Assembly: GCA_031384385.1 (NCBI GenBank) | Contig: JANNAN010000017.1 | Location: 3,020-67,019 of the forward strand | Source: Candidatus Tayloriibacteriota bacterium | GTDB lineage: Bacteria; Patescibacteriota; Minisyncoccia; Phycocordibacterales; PALSA-1337 | Length of the DNA stretch: 64,000 nt | Direction of reading: 5' to 3' | Part shown: piece after piece, positions 1 to 8,449 of the stretch | Position numbering within the stretch: the stretch's first letter is position 1 | Layout of the letters: the number at the start of each line of letters is the position of its first letter | Translations under genes and position numbers: made by a program | Notes under the pieces: model-generated | Seen by the model: only the letters and a program-made list of their open reading frames with translations | What the model was told of the DNA's origin: nothing | Databases searched by the model: none

Positions 1-290
1 TTAAACCAAACACAATGAATTTTTCCACTTTCGTCTTCAATCCAAGCATCAGCCATTGCTATTTTTGTTTTGAACCCTTTACTAGTTTTTAATTTAGAAA
101 TTTTTCCAAAAATAACTGCAGTATCACCTTTTCCCAATGAAGAAATATTTCTAGTTTCAGAAATATCACCATAACGAGAAGGGAAATGATATAGCAAATC
201 CATAATGGTTTCTAAACCAAGTTTTTTAAGTGCAATTTTTTGCGGTGGTATAAGTCGTGAATGATCTGTGATTAGTGAATCGTATTGCAT
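1..290 (-). CDS. recG: ATP-dependent DNA helicase RecG, N-terminal fragment. The gene continues past the window edge.
   Basis: The reverse-strand translation from ATG at 290 reads MQYDSLITDHSRLIPPQKIALKKLGLETIMDLLYHFPSRYGD... This matches the RecG N-terminal wedge/HhH region motif (LGI.TV.DLL.H.P.RYED). No stop occurs before position 1. Confidence 0.55.
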   Translation of the reverse strand, partial: MQYDSLITDHSRLIPPQKIALKKLGLETIMDLLYHFPSRYGDISETRNISSLGKGDTAVIFGKISKLKTSKGFKTKIAMADAWIEDESGKIHCVWF

Positions 291-322
291 TTGCTCATTA
301 TACGATATAATCTAAGAAGAAT

Positions 323-410
323 GGAATCGTGGTGGAGTGGTCTAACATACCTCTTTGCTAAAGAGGCAGGCCCTTTAAAGGTCTCGAGGGTTCGAATCCC
401 TCCGATTCCG
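323..410 (+). tRNA. tRNA-Ser (GCT), type II with a long variable arm
   Basis: Acceptor GGAATCG/CGATTCC. Anticodon stem CCTCT/AGAGG with loop TTGCTAA. Variable-arm hairpin, T-loop GGGTTCGAATCCC, discriminator G. CCA is not encoded. Confidence 0.8.
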
Positions 411-412
411 CA

Positions 413-545
413 ATGATCCACGAAGAAGCCTGAATGGCTTCTGAGTTGGAGCGTCTTGGGAATACCGAGGAGATGAGAAGACCGGACTGAGCGAAGGCGA
501 AGGAGGCGGGGTCGAGGAAATTTCCAGCAGGAAATTATCCGTGAC
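413..545. repeat. GC-rich trailer downstream of tRNA-Ser, family A (aaggcgaagg ... ggcgggg ... ggaaatttcc). Related trailers are at 1888-1965 and 27534-27650.
   Basis: GC content is about 55-60% in a roughly 33% GC genome. It contains hairpin AGAAGCC-tgaat-GGCTTCT and the palindrome GGAAATTTCC. It shares motifs with the trailers of two other tRNAs. Confidence 0.45.
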
Positions 546-648
546 CGAATCCCTCTTTTTGAAACAATAAATCTATTTACACAATAGTGTCTTATTATTC
601 TTACATGATATTATTTATTCATATTTAATCTAATCAATAAAAATTATC

Positions 649-1203
649 ATGAATAAAAATAATAAGATTTCGATTTTTGAAGAAAGGGGAATAAAAAAAC
701 ATTGGGATGGGAGTAAAGAATTATGGTACTTTTCAGTGGTGGATGTTATCGCCACTCTTACAGACAGTGATAATCCACAAGTCTATTGGAGAGTTTTAAA
801 AAAACGCTTGTTAGATGAAGGTTTAAATGAAACCGTTACAAAATGTAACGGTTTGAAAATGATTGCAGAAGACGGAAAAATGAGAGAAACAGATGTTGCT
901 GATACAGAAACTTTGCTTAGACTTATTCAATCAATTCCATCGCCAAAAGCAGAGCCTTTTAAATTATGGCTTGCTAAGATTGGTTATGAAAGACTTGAAG
1001 AGACAGCTGATCCAGAGTTGGTTATAAATAGAGCGCTAAAGACATATTTACAAAAAGGGTATAGTTCACAATGGATAAACCAGAGACTTAAAAGTATTGA
1101 AATCAGAAAAGAATTAACTGATGAATGGGAGAAGAGAGGAGTTAAAGATGGGCTTGAGTTTGCGATACTTACGAATGAAATTACAGAAAGAATAATTTAT
1201 TGA
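649..1203 (+). CDS. Bro-N / DNA-damage-inducible protein D (DinD)-like protein, shorter than E. coli DinD
   Basis: The N-terminus (KKHWDGSKELWYFSVVDVIATLTDSDNPQVYWRVLKKRL) parallels the E. coli DinD Bro-N region (FWSARELAPLLDYRDWRNFQKVLARA). The C-terminus EFAILTNE resembles DinD FAIFQNH. Confidence 0.55.
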   Translation: MNKNNKISIFEERGIKKHWDGSKELWYFSVVDVIATLTDSDNPQVYWRVLKKRLLDEGLNETVTKCNGLKMIAEDGKMRETDVADTETLLRLIQSIPSPKAEPFKLWLAKIGYERLEETADPELVINRALKTYLQKGYSSQWINQRLKSIEIRKELTDEWEKRGVKDGLEFAILTNEITERIIY

Positions 1204-1224
1204 AATAATATTCAATAACTCACA

Positions 1225-1782
1225 ATGAACAACTTAAAAACATTCATCAAACAATCTGTCAAAAATTTCATTGAAGTTGGGGCTATTTTACCTAGCTCAT
1301 CTTTTCTTGCAAGAAGAATGATAAAAAATATAAAAAGCCCTATTATTCTTGAGCTTGGTCCTGGTACGGGTGTTTTTACAAAAGAGATACTTAAGAAATT
1401 GCCAAAAGATGGAATATTGATTTCAATTGAATCTAATACAGAGTTTTATAATCATTTAAAAAGTAAGATAAAAGATTCAAGATTGAAGCTCTATAATGGT
1501 GATGCTTTATTGATGAATGAATTTCTTCAGAAAAATAATATAAATAAAGTTGATTGTGTCATTTCTGGATTGCCACTAGGTCATTTCAAGAATGAATTTA
1601 GGGATAAAATATTAAATGAAATATCCTTATCTTTAAATGAAAATGGTGATTATATTCAATTTCAATATATTCTTGCGGATATAGTGGGTATAAAGAAAAT
1701 ATTTTCTAATATAAAAATTAGTTATGAATTATTTAATTTCCCTCCAGCTTTTGTAATAATGTGCAAAAAAAGTAAAAAATGA
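1225..1782 (+). CDS. Class I SAM-dependent methyltransferase (COG3963 'phospholipid N-methyltransferase'-like)
   Basis: GAILPSSSFLARRM plus SAM motif I ILELGPGTGVFT. This pattern is typical of COG3963 / RrnaAD-like methyltransferases. Confidence 0.6.
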   Translation: MNNLKTFIKQSVKNFIEVGAILPSSSFLARRMIKNIKSPIILELGPGTGVFTKEILKKLPKDGILISIESNTEFYNHLKSKIKDSRLKLYNGDALLMNEFLQKNNINKVDCVISGLPLGHFKNEFRDKILNEISLSLNENGDYIQFQYILADIVGIKKIFSNIKISYELFNFPPAFVIMCKKSKK

Positions 1783-1798
1783 TAAGCTAGACAACAAT

Positions 1799-1885
1799 GG
1801 AGAGATGGGTGAGTGGTTTAAACCAGCGGTTTACTAAACCGCCGTTCCTTAATCGGAACCGCGAGTTCGAATCTCGCTCTCTCCG
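1799..1885 (+). tRNA. Type II (Ser-like) tRNA whose anticodon loop reads UUACUAA, giving anticodon ACU
   Basis: Acceptor GGAGAGA/TCTCTCC. D-arm GGT..ACC. Anticodon stem GCGGT/ACCGC. Long variable hairpin GTTCC-ttaatc-GGAAC. T-arm GCGAG-TTCGAATC-CTCGC. Discriminator G (the Ser identity element). The loop differs from the Ser-GCT loop (TTGCTAA) by one base. Confidence 0.65.
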
Positions 1886-1887
1886 CA

Positions 1888-1965
1888 AAAAACCAGAAAC
1901 CTCGGAATCGGCGAAAAACGGAGAAAGAATCGCAGAATGTGGAGGGCTAAGCAAGCACATATAGA
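1888..1965. repeat. GC-rich tRNA trailer, family B (gaatcggcgaaaaacggagaaagaatcgcagaatgtggagggc)
   Basis: About 80% identity over about 48 nt with the trailer after tRNA-Gln at 27546-27595. On the minus strand it encodes ..PPHSAILSPFFADSE.., similar to the tail of the serine recombinase. Confidence 0.5.
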
Positions 1966-2006
1966 TTTGTTTACACTTTGATTTTAAAATATGATAAAAT
2001 AATCCC

Positions 2007-2177
2007 ATGCCTTACTTAACCATAGGTATTCATTACCCTAAACTGGAGCATGGAGAAGAAATTTTGAGTACAATCAAGAGTGTGGCTGATACAGCTCGTA
2101 CTTTACCTGGACTTATTGAAACAGGAGCGTGGTATGATCAATCAGCAGACAGGCTTATGGGATCGCAAGTCGAGTGA
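2007..2177 (+). pseudogene. Short ORF (56 aa) resembling the N-terminal half of an ABM (antibiotic-biosynthesis monooxygenase-like) domain. It may be a gene remnant.
   Basis: MPYLTIGIHYPKLEHGEEILSTIKSVADTARTLPGLIETGAWYDQ fits the ABM pattern (V.V.P..eeF......A....PG.L.y.ly.D) but is truncated. Local GC is higher than in surrounding DNA. Confidence 0.25.
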
Positions 2178-2263
2178 AAACTTTTTGGGTCTTAAGCAAG
2201 TTGTTTAATACAATATTGTGTTATCATATTAACTATAGAATAATTCATTTTTAATTAAAATCT

Positions 2264-2680
2264 ATGAAAAAAATAATCATAATTACTGTCTCCATATATT
2301 TAGTTTTGATAGTTGCGAAGTCTTTTTATGTAGCATTTAAAGATACTACAGAACAGAGATCTGCAGTATCTTATATTGTTGATACAACAATAAATAAAGA
2401 TCAATTAGTTGCCTCATCAGTAAGTGGAAAATCTGCATCTGGGATAATCGATACTAGAACCTCTTCATCTCCTACAGCAATAAATCCAATAAAATTATCA
2501 AAGGCTGAATATGATAAACTTTCACCTTCACAAAAAAGCTTATGGACATGGATAGTAGACTTTGTTGTTGGGGGGTATTTTATACCAGTTGTATCTAGGG
2601 GTATTCCAAAAAGTTTTGGTGGCAATCCAAATGATTCAAGGGGATGGACCATTGGCTTTACTTTTAGTAAGAGATTCTAG
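2264..2680 (+). CDS. Hypothetical secreted or membrane-anchored protein
   Basis: N-terminal hydrophobic segment IIIITVSIYLVLIVA. No recognisable domain. Confidence 0.4.
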   Translation: MKKIIIITVSIYLVLIVAKSFYVAFKDTTEQRSAVSYIVDTTINKDQLVASSVSGKSASGIIDTRTSSSPTAINPIKLSKAEYDKLSPSQKSLWTWIVDFVVGGYFIPVVSRGIPKSFGGNPNDSRGWTIGFTFSKRF

Positions 2681-2753
2681 TTTTGGTATCTATTAACACT
2701 AAAATACTAGTTATGGTAGTATTTAGCTATAGTAACCATTAATATAAAATAAT

Positions 2754-3008
2754 ATGCCAAAAGCAAATTCAGCATTCATGAAGCCATTAAGTGTTAGTGC
2801 AGACCTAGAAGCAGTTGTAGGAAAAGGTCCTATGCCAAGATCAGAGGTTGTAAAGGCTCTATGGGTTTATATAAAAAAGAATAATCTTCAAGATCCAGCT
2901 AAGAAAAGAAATATTGTTGCAGATGAACCTCTTAAAAAAGTTTTTGGTGGTAAGGCTGTAGTAGATATGTTTGAAATGACGAAGTTAGTTTCAAAGCATC
3001 TTTCATAA
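2754..3008 (+). CDS. Standalone SWIB/MDM2 domain protein
   Basis: RSEVVKALWVYIKKNNLQDPAKKRNIVADEPLKKVFGGKAVVDMFEMTKLVSKHL matches the SWIB/MDM2 consensus. Confidence 0.7.
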   Translation: MPKANSAFMKPLSVSADLEAVVGKGPMPRSEVVKALWVYIKKNNLQDPAKKRNIVADEPLKKVFGGKAVVDMFEMTKLVSKHLS

Positions 3009-3014
3009 TTTACT

Positions 3015-3317
3015 ATGATAAATTTATTTGCAAATTCATATAGTTCACTCCCTTTGGGTATCGGGAATTGGGGACTAGGATTTCTTACTCTTGGTGCTAT
3101 ATTGCTATTCGCTATAGCCCTAGGTCTGATTGCATTAAAAGGTTATTGTCTTTGGACGGCAGCAAGAAGAAATGAAAATGGATGGTTCGTGGCGATACTT
3201 CTTGTTAATACATTAGGTGTTCTAGAATTAATCTATCTATATTTTATTGTAGAAAAATGGAAGAAAAATAAAATAGAGAAGACAGAAACAACAACGACAA
3301 CACCTAGTGTGCAATAG
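3015..3317 (+). CDS. Small membrane protein with two predicted TM helices
   Basis: Two hydrophobic helices and a Thr-rich C-terminus. Confidence 0.35.
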   Translation: MINLFANSYSSLPLGIGNWGLGFLTLGAILLFAIALGLIALKGYCLWTAARRNENGWFVAILLVNTLGVLELIYLYFIVEKWKKNKIEKTETTTTTPSVQ

Positions 3318-3942
3318 TTAGACACTCTACATTCCGATAATCATTTAAAAGAAGCTCATCACGGGCTTCTTTTAGTGTACTTCCAGTCGTAGTTACATCA
3401 TCAATTATTATTATTTTTTGATTTGTTTTTAGTAATTTACTTACCTTAAAGATATTTTTTGCATTACCTATTCTTTCGTCTCTATTTTTAAAAGTTTGTT
3501 TTTCTATATCCTTTTGGCGTATTAAAATATTAAAATCCTTAATAAATACATTTTTACAATCTAATTTAATTATTTCATCGATTATCAATTCGGCCTGATT
3601 GTATCCTCTTTCTTTTCTGCGTTTCTTGGAAATTGGTATTGGTATAAGTATGATCTTATCTAGATTTAATTTAACTAATTCATTATATAAAGCATAGCCA
3701 GCACACCTTAATGCATGCTTATTCTTTTTATATTTAATTTGCCAAATCATTTCACGAATTATTGGATTTTTATACGAAAATATCGAAGAAATGAAGGGGA
3801 ATTCAGTCTTAGTTGATCTGGGTGCATTTTCTAGTAATTCTTCAGAAGAAATATTACGAAGCTCTATTTCCTCTGGTTTTGGTGGGAAAATGAAATCGAT
3901 AATGTAATTAAATATATTCTGCATTATATTATTATACAGCAT
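3304..3942 (-). CDS. comFC: ComF family competence protein with a phosphoribosyltransferase domain (ComFC-like)
   Basis: PRTase motif IIIIDDVTTTGSTL, plus YNQAELI. Adjacent to the pilus/competence locus. Confidence 0.7.
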   Translation of the reverse strand: MLYNNIMQNIFNYIIDFIFPPKPEEIELRNISSEELLENAPRSTKTEFPFISSIFSYKNPIIREMIWQIKYKKNKHALRCAGYALYNELVKLNLDKIILIPIPISKKRRKERGYNQAELIIDEIIKLDCKNVFIKDFNILIRQKDIEKQTFKNRDERIGNAKNIFKVSKLLKTNQKIIIIDDVTTTGSTLKEARDELLLNDYRNVECLTIAH

Positions 3943-3968
3943 AGTATTCTCTGTGATATAATGTTTCT

Positions 3969-5087
3969 ATGTCTTTTTTGACTGATATTTTTTTAAATTT
4001 ATTTTCTAAACAAAGCCAAAGCGTTCTTGGTATTGATATTGGATCATCAGCCATAAAAGTTGTTCAAATAAAGAAAAAACGAGGAAGAGCTGTATTAGAA
4101 ACATATGGAGAACTTGCTCTCGGTCCTTATGCAGATACAGAGGTTGGTAGAGCAACTAGTCTTTCTGTCGAAAAAACAATAGAAGCTCTAAAGGATATTT
4201 TAAGAGAATCAAAGACCACGACTATTTCATCTGGAATTGCTTTGCCATTATCTTCAAGTCTAATTTCTTTTATTACAATTCCTATTGTTCCAGAAAAACA
4301 AGTAGCAGAGGTCATATCTCTTGAAGCAAGAAAATATATTCCAGTTCCAATGAGTGAAGTTTCTTTAGATTATTCTCTTATTCCAAAAGAAGATTCGTAT
4401 TCCTATACAGATGAAAAAGGAATAGATACAGCCCAAAAACAAACTCAAGATGCATTGGTTGTTGCCATTCACAATGAATATTTAAATAATTATCAAGCTA
4501 TTAGTGTAGGAACTGGCCTTCAGCCAGCATTTTATGAAATTGAGATTTTTAGTTCAATTCGTGCTGTTGTAGAGCAGGGAATACAAGCAGTTATGATTAT
4601 TGATATGGGTGCAAGAGTTACAAAACTTTATATTATTGAAAGAGGAATTTTGCGTGCTTCACATATTATTAATAGAGGTTCACAAGATATTACTTTAGCT
4701 ATTTCTAAATCTTTAAGTATTAGTGTAAATGAAGCAGAAAATATGAAAAGAACCTATGGATTGAAGGGTGGGCCAGAATATAAAGAGCTTACAGAAATAA
4801 TTACGGTAAATTTAGATTTTATTTTTTATGAATCTAATGCAACTATGTTAAATTATCAAAAAAAATACCAGAAGAATATTAGTAAGGTTATTTTGACTGG
4901 TGGAGGAGTGCTTTTGAAAGGATTTACAGATTTGGCTCGTATAAGTTTTCAAACAGAAATTGTTTATGCCGATCCATTTAGTCATTTGGAGACCCCGGCA
5001 TTCCTTTCAGAGCAATTCGCCCAAGCTGGACCAGAGTTCGCTGTTGCTATCGGTTGTGCATTGCGTAGAATTTCAGAATTAGAATAG
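3969..5087 (+). CDS. pilM: Type IV pilus assembly protein PilM (actin-like ATPase)
   Basis: N-terminus LGIDIGSSAIKVVQI. Size 372 aa. Operon context with pilN/pilO. Confidence 0.8.
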   Translation: MSFLTDIFLNLFSKQSQSVLGIDIGSSAIKVVQIKKKRGRAVLETYGELALGPYADTEVGRATSLSVEKTIEALKDILRESKTTTISSGIALPLSSSLISFITIPIVPEKQVAEVISLEARKYIPVPMSEVSLDYSLIPKEDSYSYTDEKGIDTAQKQTQDALVVAIHNEYLNNYQAISVGTGLQPAFYEIEIFSSIRAVVEQGIQAVMIIDMGARVTKLYIIERGILRASHIINRGSQDITLAISKSLSISVNEAENMKRTYGLKGGPEYKELTEIITVNLDFIFYESNATMLNYQKKYQKNISKVILTGGGVLLKGFTDLARISFQTEIVYADPFSHLETPAFLSEQFAQAGPEFAVAIGCALRRISELE

Positions 5088-5142
5088 ATATACACAGTCA
5101 GGCACTTCTTATTTATCTATTGTTCTAGTATAATTTAAATAA

Positions 5143-5766
5143 ATGGAAACTAAATTTCAAACATCGTTCATTCCTAAAAAACCTTTGATATCAGATTCAA
5201 AGACCCACTCTTCTGGTGGTGGCACAAGTGTATTGATGATTATTGGATCTTTGATATTTGTATTCTCTCTTGCTGGAGCTGTCTTTACTCTTATTTGGCA
5301 AAATGTATTAAATAAGGATCAAGTAGCTTATAAGGCTCAACTAGCAGATAGTGAAAAGAGATTCAATACTACTTTGATTAAAGATCTAAAAAGATCAAAT
5401 ACAAAAATAGATTTTAGTAAAAAATTATTAAATGATCATCTTGCTGCATCATCAATTTTCTCTATAATCAGTGCCTTGACAATAGAGGGAGTTAGGTTTA
5501 ATAGTTTTGATTTTACGGCTCCAGGAAAAGATTCCGATGGGGTAAAGATTTCTATGAGAGGGGTGGGGAGTAGTTTTAGTGCCATTGCTTTTCAATCTAG
5601 TGTATTTGGTGAATCAGAAAAATATGGTTCAAATAAGATTTTAAAAAATCCTGTTCTTTCAGATCTTTCTCTTGATCAGAATGGTAATGTTGGATTTACT
5701 TTTACATCTACTATAAATCCAGCAGAAATTTCTTATGATAAGATTTTAAATTCTACAACAAAATAA
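5143..5766 (+). CDS. pilN: PilN-like inner-membrane pilus assembly protein
   Basis: Single N-terminal TM helix then a periplasmic domain. Position after pilM. Confidence 0.55.
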   Translation: METKFQTSFIPKKPLISDSKTHSSGGGTSVLMIIGSLIFVFSLAGAVFTLIWQNVLNKDQVAYKAQLADSEKRFNTTLIKDLKRSNTKIDFSKKLLNDHLAASSIFSIISALTIEGVRFNSFDFTAPGKDSDGVKISMRGVGSSFSAIAFQSSVFGESEKYGSNKILKNPVLSDLSLDQNGNVGFTFTSTINPAEISYDKILNSTTK

Positions 5767-5770
5767 TTCT

Positions 5771-6346
5771 ATGAATAAAAACCTAACACCAATAATACTT
5801 GTGATACTAGCAGTCGGAATATATTTTACTTTTACTGCTGGAAAAATCGATGAATTAAAATCTATTCAGTCTGTTAATGCTGGATATCAACAAGCTTTAA
5901 ATAATTCAGAAAAGCTAATCAAGGTTCGTGATACTGTTTTGAAAAATTATAATAATATTTCTGAAGAAGATCGTGCTCGTCTTGATAAAATGTTGCCAGA
6001 TAATGTAGATAATGTTCGTCTAATTATTGATGTTAATGGTGTTGGGGCTAGGCACGGTTTATTTTTAAAAAATATAAAAACAAATGCAACCAATATAATT
6101 CCGACGGCAGAAATTACAAAGGGAAGTATTATTACAACAAAAAATAATGTAAATGGTTCTCAAGGGTATGAAACAGTAACTCTTTCATTTAATGTAACAA
6201 CAGACTATCAAACATTCATTGATTTATTGAAGGATTTAGAAATGAGTTTAAGAATTATGGATATTTCAAAAATTACACTTAATGCAAATGATGGTAAAAA
6301 TTATGAATACAGTGTTGAGTTAAAAACATATTGGTTAAAACAATAA
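5771..6346 (+). CDS. pilO: PilO-like pilus assembly protein
   Basis: N-terminal TM helix, coiled-coil region and operon position. Confidence 0.5.
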   Translation: MNKNLTPIILVILAVGIYFTFTAGKIDELKSIQSVNAGYQQALNNSEKLIKVRDTVLKNYNNISEEDRARLDKMLPDNVDNVRLIIDVNGVGARHGLFLKNIKTNATNIIPTAEITKGSIITTKNNVNGSQGYETVTLSFNVTTDYQTFIDLLKDLEMSLRIMDISKITLNANDGKNYEYSVELKTYWLKQ

Positions 6347-6350
6347 TTAT

Positions 6351-6701
6351 ATGAATAATAATAAATCATCATCAACTAAGTCAATAATTATTTTTATAGC
6401 TGTTATCGTTGTTGCTGGTTTATTATTCTTCTATTTTTTGGGCAATAAAACTCCAGATTCTAATTCTTCAATAGATACAGAGGGTGGTTCATCAGAAACT
6501 CAAATTGCTGGTGCAAGAGTTCTTACTTTATTAAATCAAGTCTCTTCTTTAAAAATTGATAAAAGCCTATTTGATAGCGCAAGTTACAGATCTTTAGTCG
6601 ATTATACTGTTAATATACCAGAACAGAATGTTGGTAGACCAAATCCATTTGCACCTATTGGTGGTATAACCAATGGTACAAGTACAGCAAAAGGGCGTTA
6701 A
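6351..6701 (+). CDS. Small membrane-anchored pilus-associated protein (PilP-like?)
   Basis: N-terminal TM segment. Translationally coupled within the pil operon. Confidence 0.35.
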   Translation: MNNNKSSSTKSIIIFIAVIVVAGLLFFYFLGNKTPDSNSSIDTEGGSSETQIAGARVLTLLNQVSSLKIDKSLFDSASYRSLVDYTVNIPEQNVGRPNPFAPIGGITNGTSTAKGR

Positions 6702-6713
6702 TTTAATTTTTAT

Positions 6714-8426
6714 ATGAGTATAATCGATATACTACTTTCAAAAAATCTTATAGGTAAAGATGATGTCACTGAATTAAGACAAAGAGTTTCCAAAGGAGAA
6801 TCTTTGGATCAAGTTTTAATTGAAAAAGGAATAGGACCTGATGAAATTTTATCTGCGCATGGTGAATTTTTAAATATCCCAATACGCGCATTGGGAGATA
6901 CTATTGTTCCTTTTGAAGCACTTGATTATATTCCTGAAGAATCAGCTACTCATTATAAATTTGTTCCAATTGCAATTAAAGCTGGAGTTCTTGAGGTAGG
7001 AATTGTTGATCCAGACAATATTGAAGCTCGTGATGCTTTAAATTTTATTGCCGCAAAGAAAAATATTCCTTATAAAGTTTTTCTTATAAATATAGATGAT
7101 TTTAACAAAGTAATTGAATCGTATAAAGGAATTGGCGGAGAGGTGTCCAAAGCTCTTACTGAACTTGAATCTGTGCTCTCTGTTGATACGGGTGATTCAA
7201 TTGATTTAAAACAAGCAAAAACTGACGATTCAGATGCAATCATTATTGAAGATGCGCCGGTAGTAAAAATCGTTGCTTCTATTGTTAGATATGCTACAGA
7301 AGGAAATGCTTCTGATGTACACATAGAACATATGAGAGACAAAATTCGTGTGCGTTTTCGTGTCGATGGTATTTTAAATACAAGTTTAGTTCTTCCTCCA
7401 CAAGTTCATGGAGCTGTAGTTTCTCGTATTAAAATTCTTTCAAATATGAAACTTGATGAAAAACGCAAGCCGCAAGACGGTCGTTTTTCTGCAAGAATTG
7501 ATGGAAGAAAAATAGATTTCCGTGTTTCAACCTTTCCAGCTTATTATGGAGAGAAGGTTGTGATGCGTATCCTTGATCAAGAAAAAGGTGTTAAAAAAAT
7601 AGATGATTTGGGCATGACATCAAAAAATCTAGCCCTTTTAAAAGAAGCAATTCAAAGACCATACGGGTTGATACTTTTGACTGGTCCGACTGGTTCAGGA
7701 AAATCTACTACTCTCTATTCTATGTTAAATGAAGTAGATAAAGAAAGTTATAATGTGCTTTCTCTAGAAGATCCTATTGAATACAATATGGACGGTGTAA
7801 GTCAATCACAAGTTCGTCCAGAAATTGGTTATACATTCGATTCAGGACTTCGTACTACTCTTCGTCAAGATCCAGATATTATAATGGTGGGAGAAATTCG
7901 AGATAAGGAAACTGCGCAGCTTGCTGTGCAAGCTGCGCTTACTGGTCACCTTGTATTTTCTACACTCCATACAAATAATGCTGCAGGCGTGATCCCTCGT
8001 CTTATAGATATGGGTGTTGATCCTTTCCTTATCGCTCCCACACTTATCTGTGCGATTGCCCAGCGTCTAGTTGGAACATTACCACCCGGTGCGGGAAAAC
8101 CTCTGCCAGTTGAGGGTAGTATAAAAATGATGATAGATAAACAATTTTCTGATCTCCCAGAACAATATAAAAAAGATATTCCTTTTTCAGATACAGTTTA
8201 TGGAATTGCACCAACAGCAGAATGTCCAAGAGGTACTAGAGGGCGTATGGCTGTATTTGAAGTATTTAAAATGGATAAAGAAATTGAAAATGCAATTCTT
8301 ACAAATCCAACAGAGCTTGAAATCAGCAGACTGCTTCGCCAAGAGGGTATGATAACAATAAAAGAAGATGCAATGATTAAGGCATTTCAAAAACTTGTTC
8401 CTTTTGAAGAAGTTAATAAGCTTTAA
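6714..8426 (+). CDS. pilB: Type IV pilus assembly ATPase PilB (GspE family)
   Basis: N-terminal GSPII_E_N-like domain. Walker A LTGPTGSGKSTTLYSML. His box GHLVFSTLHTNNAAG. Confidence 0.85.
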   Translation: MSIIDILLSKNLIGKDDVTELRQRVSKGESLDQVLIEKGIGPDEILSAHGEFLNIPIRALGDTIVPFEALDYIPEESATHYKFVPIAIKAGVLEVGIVDPDNIEARDALNFIAAKKNIPYKVFLINIDDFNKVIESYKGIGGEVSKALTELESVLSVDTGDSIDLKQAKTDDSDAIIIEDAPVVKIVASIVRYATEGNASDVHIEHMRDKIRVRFRVDGILNTSLVLPPQVHGAVVSRIKILSNMKLDEKRKPQDGRFSARIDGRKIDFRVSTFPAYYGEKVVMRILDQEKGVKKIDDLGMTSKNLALLKEAIQRPYGLILLTGPTGSGKSTTLYSMLNEVDKESYNVLSLEDPIEYNMDGVSQSQVRPEIGYTFDSGLRTTLRQDPDIIMVGEIRDKETAQLAVQAALTGHLVFSTLHTNNAAGVIPRLIDMGVDPFLIAPTLICAIAQRLVGTLPPGAGKPLPVEGSIKMMIDKQFSDLPEQYKKDIPFSDTVYGIAPTAECPRGTRGRMAVFEVFKMDKEIENAILTNPTELEISRLLRQEGMITIKEDAMIKAFQKLVPFEEVNKL

Positions 8427-8449
8427 TTTTCTTGTGATATAATAAATAT

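Noticed and set aside
1787-2008. Minus-strand 73-aa ORF overlapping the ACU tRNA
   Set aside because: It is not a gene in itself and wholly overlaps a tRNA. It was kept only as evidence of a recombinase-tail remnant (see findings).
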